Shown piece by piece: positions 41,586 through 53,994 of a stretch of 64,000 bases of DNA (the stretch's first letter is position 1; the number at the start of each line of letters is the position of its first letter). The DNA is from Octopus sinensis (taxonomy: Eukaryota), in assembly GCF_006345805.1 (NCBI RefSeq), contig NC_043005.1:29822001-29886000 (forward strand). Direction: 5' to 3'. Both the position numbers and the translations under genes were made by a program. The notes under the pieces were generated by a model that did no database searches, had not been told where the DNA came from, and saw only the letters and a list, made by a program, of their open reading frames with translations.

Positions 41586-42640
41586 CTGAGACCACCCCTA
41601 TACTTAGCTTTGTGGACTTGGATAAAGCCTTTGACAGGGTCCCTCGATCCCTTATCTGGTGGGCGATGCGGAAACTGAAGATTGATGAATGGTTAATAAG
41701 GGCTGAAAAAGCCCTTTACAGAGAGGCTGTTAGTAAGGTTAGGATTGGCAATGAGTATAGTGAAGAATTTCGGGTAGAAGTAGGCGTCCACCAAGGTTCA
41801 GTCCTCAGTCCCCTTTTATTCATCATAGTCCTCCAGGCAATAACAGAGGGGTTCAAAACAAGTTGCACCTGGGAGCTCCTCTATGCTGATGACCTGGCCC
41901 TCATAGCAGAATCACTACCGGAACTAGAAAAGAAATTTCGTGTGTGGAAGCTAGGTTTAGAATCAAAAGGCCTTAGAGTCAATGTAGCAAAGACCAAAGT
42001 TCTAGTAAGCAGGAAGGCAAACTCACCACACACCCCCTTAGGTAGGTGGCCCTGCTTGATCTGTAGGAAAGGTGTAGGTAGAAACTCCATAAGATGTACC
42101 CAGTATAAGCTATGGACACATAAGAGGTGCAGCTACATCAAAGGAAAATTAACCGAGAAGATAGCTTTCATGTGCAGCAGATGCACAGGGGCAATAGACA
42201 CCACAGATACTCAGAAAACAGATTCCATTACACTCTAAGGGATGAAACTAGAAGTAGTTGATAGTTTCAGCTACTTAGGTGACCAAGTTAGTAGTGGGAG
42301 TGGATGCTCTGAGAGTGTTACCACTAGAATAAGAATAATCTGGGCAAAGTTTAGGAAGCTTCTACCCCTACTGGTGACAAAGGGTCTCTTGCTCAGAGTG
42401 AAAGGTAGATTGTACAATGCATATGTGCAAACTGCCTTGCTTCACGGCAGTGAAACATGGGCTGTGACAGTGAGGGACAAGTGTAGGCTTGAAAGAAATG
42501 GAGCTAGCATGATCTGCTGGATGTGTAATGTCAGTATCCATGCACGACAGTGTGTAAGCACCCTAAGAGAAATGTGAGACATAAGAAACATCGGATTTGG
42601 CATGCAAGAGAGACGTTTGCATTGGTATGGTCATGTGGCC
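41586..42640 (+). mobile_element. RTE LINE RT fragment with PHD-like insert (same family as 19275)
   Basis: FVDLDKAFDRVPR, GVHQGSVLSPLLF, LLYADDL, WPCLICRKGVGRNSIRC, FSYLGD, LLHGSETW. Confidence 0.93.
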
Positions 42641-44610
42641 TCTAGCCCACAGATGTACCATCTCATGTCTCTTTCTTTTCTACTGCTATTATTTCTATTT
42701 TTCTGTTCCTCAAATTTGCAAGGACCATACAGCTAATAAAAGATAATGTGAGAACTTCTAGGACATGACATGACCTGACAGCAGCCAAATCCCCTTCAAA
42801 TCACAGACTTTAAAAAATGCAAAGAACTATAGGATAATGTAGATCTAGATAGACTGGGTCTGAAGGAAGAGATGGAATGGTTACAGCTGGAATGTCTTCG
42901 TTTGTAAGTTTATTGGGTCATGGTTGGGTCTAAGCAACAGCATTACTTTAGGCTTGACTCTGAGAATTAAATTATTATATTGACCCAAGAAGAATGAAAA
43001 AAAAAACTGTTGTCAAATTAAGCAAGATTGAAACCCAGAGTATGGAGACAACTAGAATAAATACAATTAGACATTAAGCTGCATGATTTACCATTCCCAC
43101 AGACATTCCGGTCTTTGTATAGCCAGACAAGTATAATTATAATTTATACATAATTTCAGGAAAAGAAAGCAAGTATAGCAGTCTACAGACTTCATATTTA
43201 GATTAACTATGATTAGTTCTTCTAATTTAGAAAAAAAAATGAATAAATAAATAAAACCCATTGTCTTCAGTCCAGTTCTTCAGAATGTGATTCTCACACA
43301 CAAAAGTGACATTCAAATTTTTCTCATTTGGATTACCAACAAATCTGTGACTATTATTGGCTTTTTCTGTTTATTATTAAGTTCTTGTTATCATTGTTGT
43401 TGTTGTTATTCTTTTAATCTTTTCTCCTTCCAGCTGTGAGTTGACCATAGGATAATAATGACACCTTTTGTATCTTTCTGTGTCCATCTATTTGCCCTTT
43501 CACTGACCTAGTCATCTGCCTGAAACACTTACATTTTCACAACATATTGTCCACTGACAACACATTGTTTGCACTGGAAAGCTTTCCCTGCAAATCAGCA
43601 TGACTAATTTCACTGCATATGTATGTATGTACATATGTATGTATATGCATATGTATGCATGTATGTATATATATGTATGTGTATGTGTACGTATGTATGT
43701 AGGTGTGTGTGTGCGCGCTAGTAGAAATATATGTGTAGAAGCAGGCTTCAATCAAACACACATACTCATGGACACACGGACACACACATATATATGTATA
43801 TATATACACTTATATACACCTGAAACTCTGGCTTTGTAGTACAACAGCTGTGACTGCTATGGTTTTGCTATTTAATTATACAGATATCAATGTCCATTCT
43901 TATTGCTTCCCAGCTAACAAGCTGTTACAGCTTCCCTGCCTACTTTTGATTTGCTTTTTTTTGTTGTTCTTTTTTTCTTTTTTTTTTGTCCTTATTTTAC
44001 CATTTCTTCTTGCAATCAATTAATTTATCTTTCTCAAATGACTGTTTTTGTCACATTCATGAAAATAGAACCCTGTTGTTGGCAGGAATGGTTATTTTTC
44101 AACCCAATACATGCAACTCTATCTTAGAACATTCACAATACAACAAATATGCAAATTATCTTAATGTGTAAAGATACAGTTTTATGGCCTTGCAATGTCT
44201 CTGAAAACTAAATTAATACAACACAAAATGGGTTTCATATTTCTATATAGACATTGTCACATAACACTAAGTTTTAATGAAAGGCACCTATTCCTGTGTG
44301 TGATGCAGAGAACGCAGATAAATTTAAACCCTTAACCTAGTCAACTCCTAAAAGCAATCAGTTCAACCAGTCACCCTGCAACCACTTTTTAAAATTTTCT
44401 GTGAGAAGTTCTTCAGTGAAACACTTTGTTGGTTGACATTGCCAGTAATATGATGCATGGGATTTGTATAGTCCTTTGGTCTAATAGGATTACCGTTGAA
44501 GTCCATCTTGTATTCTGAAAGATGAGGAACGTGGATGGGGAAGTAATTCTAGAGAGTCACATTGGCCAGCAGACTTCATATGAATGTGTGGGTGAAATTG
44601 TTTAGGTTAA

Positions 44611-44813
44611 CCTATTAGCATCCAGATTATTCTGTCAAATGTGATGCTTATTTATTGACATTTGTTTTGAATTAATCATGTTTTTATCTTTTAGCTTTGA
44701 GACTTCGATTATGACTTTTGGTATGACATTGAGAGATAGGCATGAGAATCTGTATTTGGCATGAAGCAAACAGAATATTTTGGCTGGATATGGTCGGTTT
44801 AAATGCTAAAGGG
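44611..44813. mobile_element. piggyBac-type MITE with TTAA target duplication
   Basis: ttaa|cctattagcat ... atgctaaaggg|ttaa. A second TTAA-CCC MITE family has pieces at ~23930-24090, 39153-39218 and ~45065-45240. Confidence 0.7.
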
Positions 44814-45632
44814 TTAAGGTAGCAGAGGTTGTTGGGGTAGGAGCAGAAAGGGCAGAGAGAGGAAACGGCACACATGTGTGATTTCACTGTGTTGGTAACC
44901 AGATTTCTTTTGGATGTGGTCTGAGATGTTTGTGTATGTAACAATGGCATCATTCTATATCTGTGAACAGTTCTGCAATGTGTTCTACGATGTCTGTGTA
45001 TCTAACAGTGACACTATCCTGTATATGTGAGCAGGAGACTGCCCTTGATTCTATGCTGCAGAATTTTGGTTTTAAAGTGAGCTAAATTAAAACTTCCTAT
45101 TAAAATTTCATGCTAGTTTATGTTCCAAACATCAGTTTAATAATGGATAAAACCATTCTACAATATTCTTAATTTTTATTTAATTAATTGGAAGGAAAAC
45201 AATGTATTTCAAGAGAAATATGGTAACAAAAGAATTAAAGTATCAATAACATAGCTGTCATCAAAATTCTAAAGGATAAAGGTTGACTGGTGAAAGATGC
45301 AGTTGGTGTTAAGAAGGACATCCAGCTGTAGAAACTGCCTGATCAGATTGGAGCCTGGTGCAGCCTCCTAGCTCTCCAGACCTCAGTCAAACTGTCCAAA
45401 ATGGCAGCATGGAAAACGGACGTTAAACAATGATGATGATGGTGGTGGTGAATAATTATTTCAAATTTTAACACAAAACCAGCAGTTTTTTTAAGGAGAG
45501 AGTACTTGACCAGTATTTTCTTTTATCAACCTGGAAAGAATAAATGGTAAAGTTGATTTTGGCAGCATTTGAACTCAGAATGTAAAGGGCACGGCATTTA
45601 GTGTGCTAATAGTTCTGCCAGTTTTGTCCCCA

Positions 45633-45663
<31 letters not shown>

Positions 45664-46518
45664 CCATATATATGTGTGTATGTATACATATACACATATA
45701 TAACAAATCATGAGAACTGAGAGATTATAAGAGAAAGCCACACAAGTGACTCCACTAAGGGTTTTTTTCTTCAGGCATAACAATTCACTGAAATGATCTG
45801 GGTTTGTCTGAATGAGTTCCTGGCTATTACAAGACCTCTACTGCATCTAATGACCACTTTGAAATGATGTTATCATTGGAAAGATAAACAGTATGTGTGA
45901 TGAGTAAATATATAGAAGTATTTAACGGAATCAATACTTGAGTTAAGTGGTTGCATCATTGAATGGACACGACTTCATTCTCAATGAACATTTTATATAC
46001 AAGATGGCAATGTAAATTATACATACCGATGTTATTTAAAGTATTTGCACATGCATTGCATCTAAACCATCAACATCCTCATTTAACATCCATTTTACAT
46101 GCTGTCATGGGTTAGATGCTTTGACAGGCTCCGGCTAGCTGTAGGGCTGTGGTGAGCTCCAATGTCTGCTTAAGTATGATTTTTATGGCTGGATGCCCTT
46201 CCTAATGCCAACCACTGCATAATGTGTACTGGGTGCTGTTTTCAATCCACTGGTACATGTGAGTATGCCAAGTAACTTGCAAGACAGGAAAAGAAGAGGA
46301 AAAGGTAAAAGGAAAACTCAGGTGGTGTTGGGGGGGGGGCAGTATTTGAGAGTGCTAAGAGATGGCTACATGCCAAGTATTGGGAGATTAAAGTGTGAGA
46401 GAAGGGTCTGCATACATAACCCCTAAACTGGATACATATATAAAATATACCACTCTATACACATGTAGCATATATACTATTTAAATATGTAAAATATATG
46501 CAATACAACAGTGTTACT

Positions 46519-46942
46519 TTTCTACTCTAGGCACAAGGCCCGAAATTTTGGGGGAGGGGACCAGTCAATTAGATTGACCCCCGTATACAACTGGTACTTA
46601 ATTTATCAACCCCAAAATGATGAAAGTTGACCTTGGAGGAATTTGAACTCAGAATGTAAAGACTGACAAAATACTGCTAAGCATTTTGCTCAGCATGCTA
46701 ACAATTCTACCAGCTCGCCGCCTTAAAATTCTTCTCTATTCTAGGCACAAGGCCCAAAATTTTGGGGGAGGGGGCCAGTCAATTAGATCGACCCCAGTAT
46801 ACAACTGGTACTTAATTTATTGACCCCGAAAGGATGAAAGGCAAAGTTGACCTTGGAAGAATTTGAACTCAGAATGTAAACTGACAAAATACTGCTAAGC
46901 ATTTTACCCTGCGAGCTAATGTTTCTGCCAGTTTGCTGCCTT
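46519..46942 (-). mobile_element. Tandem dimer of SINE family B inside one TSD
   Basis: Two ~205-bp monomers, flanked by aatacaa(c/g)agtgttact at 46502-46518 and 46943-46959. Confidence 0.85.
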
Positions 46943-47347
46943 AATACAAGAGTGTTACTGGTCATGTAATGGATAACTTTGGAAGAAATACTTTTGCCAC
47001 CACAAATAACATCAGGAAATATGGCAGACATACAATAGTTATAATTTAATTTTTATCAAATTTCTTGGTTCTTATGCAAAATGGTGGAATGAATATTAAT
47101 TTCCAAAAGAAACATATCTTAAAATAAAATTAAACAAATTTTTCATTTGTAAAACTCCGCCCATAACTACTCAGTCATTTACTCCCTCTCTTCTCCTTTC
47201 TGTCTTTTATCCGTGTGTGTATATGTGTTCATGTGTTTGTGTATGTGCGTGTATATTAGCTCTTTTACTCATTGCTTACCACCAAGCCTCATATGTGCAC
47301 TTATCTTGCACCTCTTAAGTTAATTCTCTCTGTATTTCTCTTTAACT

Positions 47348-47396
<49 letters not shown>

Positions 47397-48099
47397 ACTA
47401 TCTATCTATCTATCTATCTGTCAAGCTATTTATCTCAATATACATATGTATTACATATGTGTGCATAATATTTAATCTATTCACACATACAACATCTAAA
47501 TGATGTATATGCATTCAAATTATATACGTGTATAACATTTAAACTATTGTGTGAAATACACCATTCTCATACAGCATATTTATATATAAGAAAATATATT
47601 AACAATCATTTACAACTTAGGAAACATATTATGTGTGAGAAAGTGTGTACCTGGTTGTGCCTCCTTGTGGAAGATTTCTACTCAAATGACATTCATACAA
47701 GCAGCATCATTTGCTTAAATCTGTGAAAAAACATGTGCAAAGTTAATGGAGGCAACCATTAACAATAGCATCTTCCAATACCTTTGAATCTCTTTCTCTC
47801 TCTCTCTTCCTTTTATGATTACAGCTAGTGGTGGACTGGATCTAAAAATATTGGTTGCCAGGAGACTAAGGGGGCCCACCCACAACTACAATGCTATCAA
47901 TTTTTTTTTTTTTGTTAAAAGTATTCTACAAACACAACCAGGCTGAAATAATTAAAGCATTCTTCCAGGAGTGAATAAAAAAATTCTCAAACTTGAGGGG
48001 ATGGACCCCTGAGATACTAACATGGGCCCCCATAAATGGATTCTAATGTCACAGGGGCCCACTTGCCATCGGACAAGCAGGCAACCTGGCCAGTCTACC

Positions 48100-48720
48100 A
48101 CTGATTACAGCTTCCATAGAGCTACATCAACTGAAGACCTACTTTCTTATGTCCCCCACCAGTGGACTGTCACTTGGGAGAAATTTAGTGAAAGTCATGC
48201 TGTTGATTTGTTGAACAAAAACACCAATTAAGTCTTTCACCATGCCTGGCCTTTTGAATCTCATATCAAAACTTGCTGTCGATGGGTTTCACATATCTGC
48301 TATTTCTTGGGTCAGTAGCTTCCTCCCAGGTTGCAACATCACACAGAATATGTTGTTGGAAGTCATTCCATTCCATTCTCAGTCAGTTCTGCTGTACTCT
48401 AGGATTCACTTTTGTCTTCCAATCTCTGCTTTCTTACATCAGCCACTTTCATGCTATCAGGCTTGACAAGACCTCCTCTTACACAGATGATTAAGCCCTT
48501 CATTCCTCCCTAATCCCCAACAAAGCATCATCCACAAGCATCGTAGACCAACTTGGGCCAAACCTCTATGAATGAGGACCTTGAAAACATCCTCCATTGG
48601 GACCATGACACTCTTGTCACTTTCAGCACTGAAACCTCAAGTATTACTGGTATCAAGAAAACACCATCACGCCACACACAACTTAAATATGAGCAGCAGA
48701 CAACTAGAGCCTTCATAGTT
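48100..48720 (+). mobile_element. Decayed CR1/Jockey-like RT relic
   Basis: SKLAVDGFHISAISWVSSFL...VGSHS..FSVSS..DSLLS resembles KL..YG...WI.SFL...SGVPQGS.LSP. Confidence 0.55.
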
Positions 48721-49475
48721 ATGTAACTCCTCTACTCTAGCACTCCTGACCCACTTGTCTCTCATTCTCTCATCACTATTGCTGTATCCGATACCACAAA
48801 GTTGAAATTTTAGGAATGAGAGCATTTAGCCGGTAGTTGGCATGGTTAGATTGGTGGCTTGGTTGGTTTGAGGTATTTTTGCACTTTGTGTGTGTGTATG
48901 TGTTTGTGTGTGTGTGTGTGCATGTGTGTGCTTGTGTTTCCTTATTCTGACATTGTGTGATAGTTGTAGCTATGTGTCTCTGCCATACAAACTGTGATAT
49001 TTGTCTCCAATCTTCCATTAAAACATGCTCCACCACAGGAAAATATTACCTAATTTGGAAACAAGTCAGGATTGGCAATAGAAAGGTCATCCAGCCATAG
49101 AAAACCTGCCCCATCTGACTCGTGCAAGAATGGAATAGTGGACATTAAATCAATGATGAAGATGATAGCCACCCATCAAAACTTAGCACCCTCCAAAAGC
49201 AAGCAATTGCTCATTTATAGGAAGAAATTAAAGAGAGAATACTAAGGAAATGCTAGGCTACTGCAAGGTTTTTTTTTATTTTTTACCATGAGAAAGCGCT
49301 GTATGCTCCTATAATCACATTTTCTCATTCTTACACAATATGCCTAGTGTCATGATAAAATCAAGACAACTGAACTTGTAAAGAATGCAAGAAGTAGCCA
49401 AAATGGTTGAAGGGTCTCCAAATATCTCAGTACTGTCTAATATGGCATGTAGCCTAGCATTGACATCATACCAGA

Positions 49476-49767
49476 TGGAGTAAAGATTATTTGCCAACAT
49501 AACATGGCAGTCATGGTTTAGGATGAATATTGCTGTAATTTAGCCCCAGGTGACATCGTTTCCAGCTGGCTATATGACACAATCTGTATCCTTATATTTC
49601 TGAACAAGGAAATCTAGCAGCTCCACTCAGCTCAAAATGATATCTGTGTATCGCAATTTCCAGGTTATTTCCCTTCATCAGCACAGAATAACTGTTTGGC
49701 TAAATTACAGCAACATTTGTCCTAAACCAGGACTGCCATGTTATGTTGGCAAATAATCTTTACTCCA
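49476..49767. repeat. 70-bp inverted repeats (66/70) enclosing an HHR
   Basis: 49476-49545 is the reverse complement of 49698-49767. Confidence 0.9.
49643..49687 (-). ncRNA. Minimal type-I hammerhead ribozyme motif
   Basis: UCUGUG CUGAUGA AGG-gaaauaa-CCU G GAAA UUGCGA UA CACAGA: 6-bp stem I, near-palindromic stem III, AUA cleavage triplet. Confidence 0.75.
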
Positions 49768-50695
49768 AAGTACTGTTGCTGAATATCTCTCATGAGATTT
49801 ACAAATAGTATCATGCCAGATGTTTGCCTTATATCATAGATTCGAGACCAGCCTGATGGTATGTTGCTGCCTGAACCAGATGCCTTCACTGGCCTCGTTC
49901 CACCAACTTCAACATTTTTTTTTAGATCAAGTTCGTTTATTTTCTTCTGTGCCTTGTTTAAATGATTGTAAACATGCCATTAACCACACACACACACACA
50001 CACTACTAGATATTTATTGATTCCTCTGAGTTTATTTGATCTTTGATAGGGCAGCTAAAGTTGTCTTCCTCCAAGTGAGCTTGGAAGGGTTGCCAGTTTA
50101 GTTACATGCAACAGGTTCTACTGAATTACAGGTCACCAGGAGCACTTACATGAAACCTAATGTATTCTAGATACATATATTTATGCACACACACAGACAC
50201 ACACTATACTTCAATGCAGGTACATACACATGCAAATGTGTGTATCTGTGTGTGTGTGCATGTGTGTGTGTGTGCATGTGCATGTGTGTGTGAGTGTGTG
50301 TGTGTGTAAATAGGTGAAGGCATGGTTGTGTGGTAAGAAATTTGCATCCTAGCCACATGGTTCCAGGATCAATCCCTCTGCTTTGGCAATTTAGACAAGT
50401 GTCTTCTACTACAGCCCCAGACTCACCAAAGACTTGCGAGTGGATTTGGTAGACAGAATCTGAAAGAAGCCCATCGTATATACACATGTGTGCATGTGTG
50501 TGTGTCTGTGTGTGGGGGGGGGGTGTACATGTATGTGTATGTGTGCAGGCATGTCTGCTATCATAAAAACTTTGCTTCCCAATCACATGGTTCTGTGTTC
50601 AGTTCCATTGCATGGTAACCTTGGGCAAGACCAAATCCCAGTGAGTGGATTTGGTAAACAGAAACAGAAAGATGTTCATCGTATGTATATTCTGA

Positions 50696-50727
<32 letters not shown>

Positions 50728-51021
50728 GTGTGTATGTGTGTGAAGGTGTGTGTATCCATGTGTGTGTGTTCTTGCTTTGACACCACATGATGCTGTTAAT
50801 GACCAATGCCACCATGCAAACTGAGTCCTTTATTCATGTTTGCTGTGAAAACATGTCTGGTCATAGGAAAATATTGCCTTACTTGGGAATTGGTAAGGTT
50901 TGGCAACAAGAGGAGCATCCAGCTATAGAAAACACCACCTTAATAAAATTCCTTATTACTCATATTAGCAGGGAAAAGCAGAGATTAAGATTATAAGTAA
51001 TATATAAAATGAACATATACA

Positions 51022-51515
51022 GCGGCAAAGTGGCTGAGTTCCTTTTGAGTGTTGGGCTTCATGGAGGCAAAGTGGCTGAGTTCCTTTTGAGCATTGGGCC
51101 TCATGGAAGCAAAGTGGCTTTCAAGTTTTGGGCCTCATGGAGGTAAAGTGGCTGAGTTCCATTCCAGTGTTGGGCCTCACGGAAGCAAAGTGGGTGAGTT
51201 CCTTTCGAGTGTTGGGCCTCACAGAGGAAATGACTGAGACCTTTGACATCATGTTATACTTGAGAAGAAGACCCATCAAGCTGAGTAAAATTGCAGTCAT
51301 AGCAGATACTGGTGTTATGCAAATGGCACCTGTGCTGGTGGCATGTAAAAACACCCACTACACTCTTGGAGGGGTTGGCATTAGGAAGGGCATCGGGCCA
51401 TAGAAAACCATGCCAAAGCAGACTGGAGTCTGGTGCAGCCATCTAGTTTACCAGTCCTGGTCAAACTATCCAACCCATGCCAGTATGGACAATGGATGTT
51501 AAATGATGATGATAT
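51022..51515 (+). mobile_element. RTE 3'-tail derivative headed by a 42-bp tandem array
   Basis: About 5 x ggaggcaaagtggctgagttccttttgagtgttgggcctcat, then the common RTE tail ending in gatgat. Same layout at 63095-63602 and 8335-8660. Confidence 0.8.
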
Positions 51516-51643
51516 ATATATCCTATAAGTTCATTTATAGATACAGACTATGGTCTTAAGAAATATATGATTAGTAGAAACGTGCATAGTGATGCATTAA
51601 AATATTTATAAATTCCATCCAAGGGTCATTATTATTATTATTA

Positions 51644-51679
<36 letters not shown>

Positions 51680-51934
51680 GTGAAGAAAACAAAGGACCAC
51701 TGATGCGGTCACAGGAGTGTGATGAAAGAACTCTGGCCGAAATAAGATTAAGATTAATGTAAAAAATAAATAACACTGAAGCAAAATAACACCAAATATA
51801 AAGTGCGTGTGTTTTTATTGGCTAAACTGGCAAAATGACCATTCCGAAATATAATATCATTATTATTATTATTATTATTATTATATATGTGTATGTATAC
51901 ATATATATGTATATGTTTATAAAGATATATATAT

Positions 51935-52031
<97 letters not shown>

Positions 52032-53407
52032 GCATGTGTGTGTGTGTGTTTGTGTGTGTATGAATGCATCTGTATTTAAAGGTATGTGAATAGCTAAGAT
52101 GTATACCATTACTTAAGTTTTGCAATTACTCACTTGTAGACAGGTGTAAACATGAAACTCAGATGATGGCAAATGGCAGAACGGAATAAATATAATGACA
52201 TCACACACCAACTACTTACTGAGTCAATTATTCTTTTGTTCATTTCAAACAATGTGTATATGTGTGTGTATGTGTTCATATATGTGTGTGTGTGTGTGTG
52301 TGTGTATACACACAACACACATGTCTGTGTTTTAAATGTGGTAATTTTGCACATGTACACACAAACATACACATACATGTATGCCTATCTTTTCAGCTAT
52401 CTATATCTATGTCTATATCTATCTCTAAACACACTCTCACACGCGTGCATACACACACACACACACATACATACATATATGTGCACACACATCATCAACA
52501 CATACATTATGTGTGTGTGTATATATGTATATGAAAGCATGCATTACATATATATAGGTATACATATATATAGGTATACATATATATAGGTATACATACA
52601 TACATACATACATACATACATACATACATACATACATAGAAATAAATACATACATACATACATACATAGAAATAAATATATATATATATTATAAAGAGAA
52701 GTCAAGTAATATAAAAAATTAATTAATCACAAAACAACATACACACAATAAATATATAAAAAAAATATATAAAATAGCAGCTAAGACAATGTTAATTAAA
52801 ATGTTATTATAAGTGAAGAATAATGTCAATATAATACTAATTCTGAAATTGGTGAAAGAAAGAATTCTCTTGTAGACAACATCTAACTAATGAATTTTAA
52901 CACATCTAATAAAAGACTGTAAAAAGCAGGTATTAGTTTCTGCCAGCATCACTTTAGAAAGATGATACTCTTTCCAGCATCATCTTTAACTGGTTTTACT
53001 TTCTCTATTTCGTTTTACTTTCTTCTCTCTGTGGAATGGTTTTGCTTTGTTTGCGTGGTGTTTTTCTTTCATTCTTTGTCGTTTAATTCTTGCTGTTGGT
53101 TTGTTCCAACTTCAAAAAGCATCGAATGCAAGCAAAGGTTTTGTTTTCACATTGATTCAACAAGAATGACATGAAAATTTACACACAACTATTGAGCACA
53201 TGTGTGTGTGTGTGTGTGCACGTGCGCGTGTGTCTGTGTTTATGTGTGTGTGCGTGTGTTTGTGTTTATGTGTGTTGGTGTGTGTGTGTTTGTGTGTGTA
53301 TTTGTGTGTGTGTGTATGTTTGTGCGTCTGTTTGTGTATGTGTGTGTTTGTGTGTGTATCTTTGTGTATGTGTGTGTTTGTGTGTGTGGTGTGTGTGTGT
53401 GTACATG

Positions 53408-53963
53408 ACTAAGAAGCTCGCTTTGCAACAAAGTAGTTTCAGGTTCAGTCCCACTGCACAGCACCTTTCACAAATAAATGTCTTCTACAATTATCCTGGG
53501 TTAACCAGTGTCTTGTGAGTGAATTCGGTAGATGGCAACTGCATGGAAGCTTATTATCACAAGCCAGTGAAAGAGTGCAGCATCTGAACGTGGGTGATAC
53601 TAGTGTCACTTTGACTAGCTTCTGTGCTGGTGTCACATAAAAAGCACCATCCAATCATGGTCGATGGTGGCTCTTCTGGCCCCTGTGCCGGTGGCATGTA
53701 AAAAGCACCCACAATACTCTCAGAGTGGTTAGCGTTAAGAAGGGCATCCAGCTGTAGAAACACTGCCCAGATCAGATTGGGGCCTGGTGCAGCCACCTGA
53801 CTTCCCAGACCCCAGTCAAACCATCCAACCCATGCCAGCAATGAAAATTGACGTTAAACCTTGATGATGATGATATATATATATATGTATGTATGTATGT
53901 ATATATAAGATAAACTTACATGGAAAAGGATGCGTGGCATTGAATCATATAAAAATATACATA

Positions 53964-53994
<31 letters not shown>

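Noticed and set aside
51022-51230. CRISPR-like array
   Set aside because: Tandem units without unique spacers, no cas genes, eukaryotic retroelement context.
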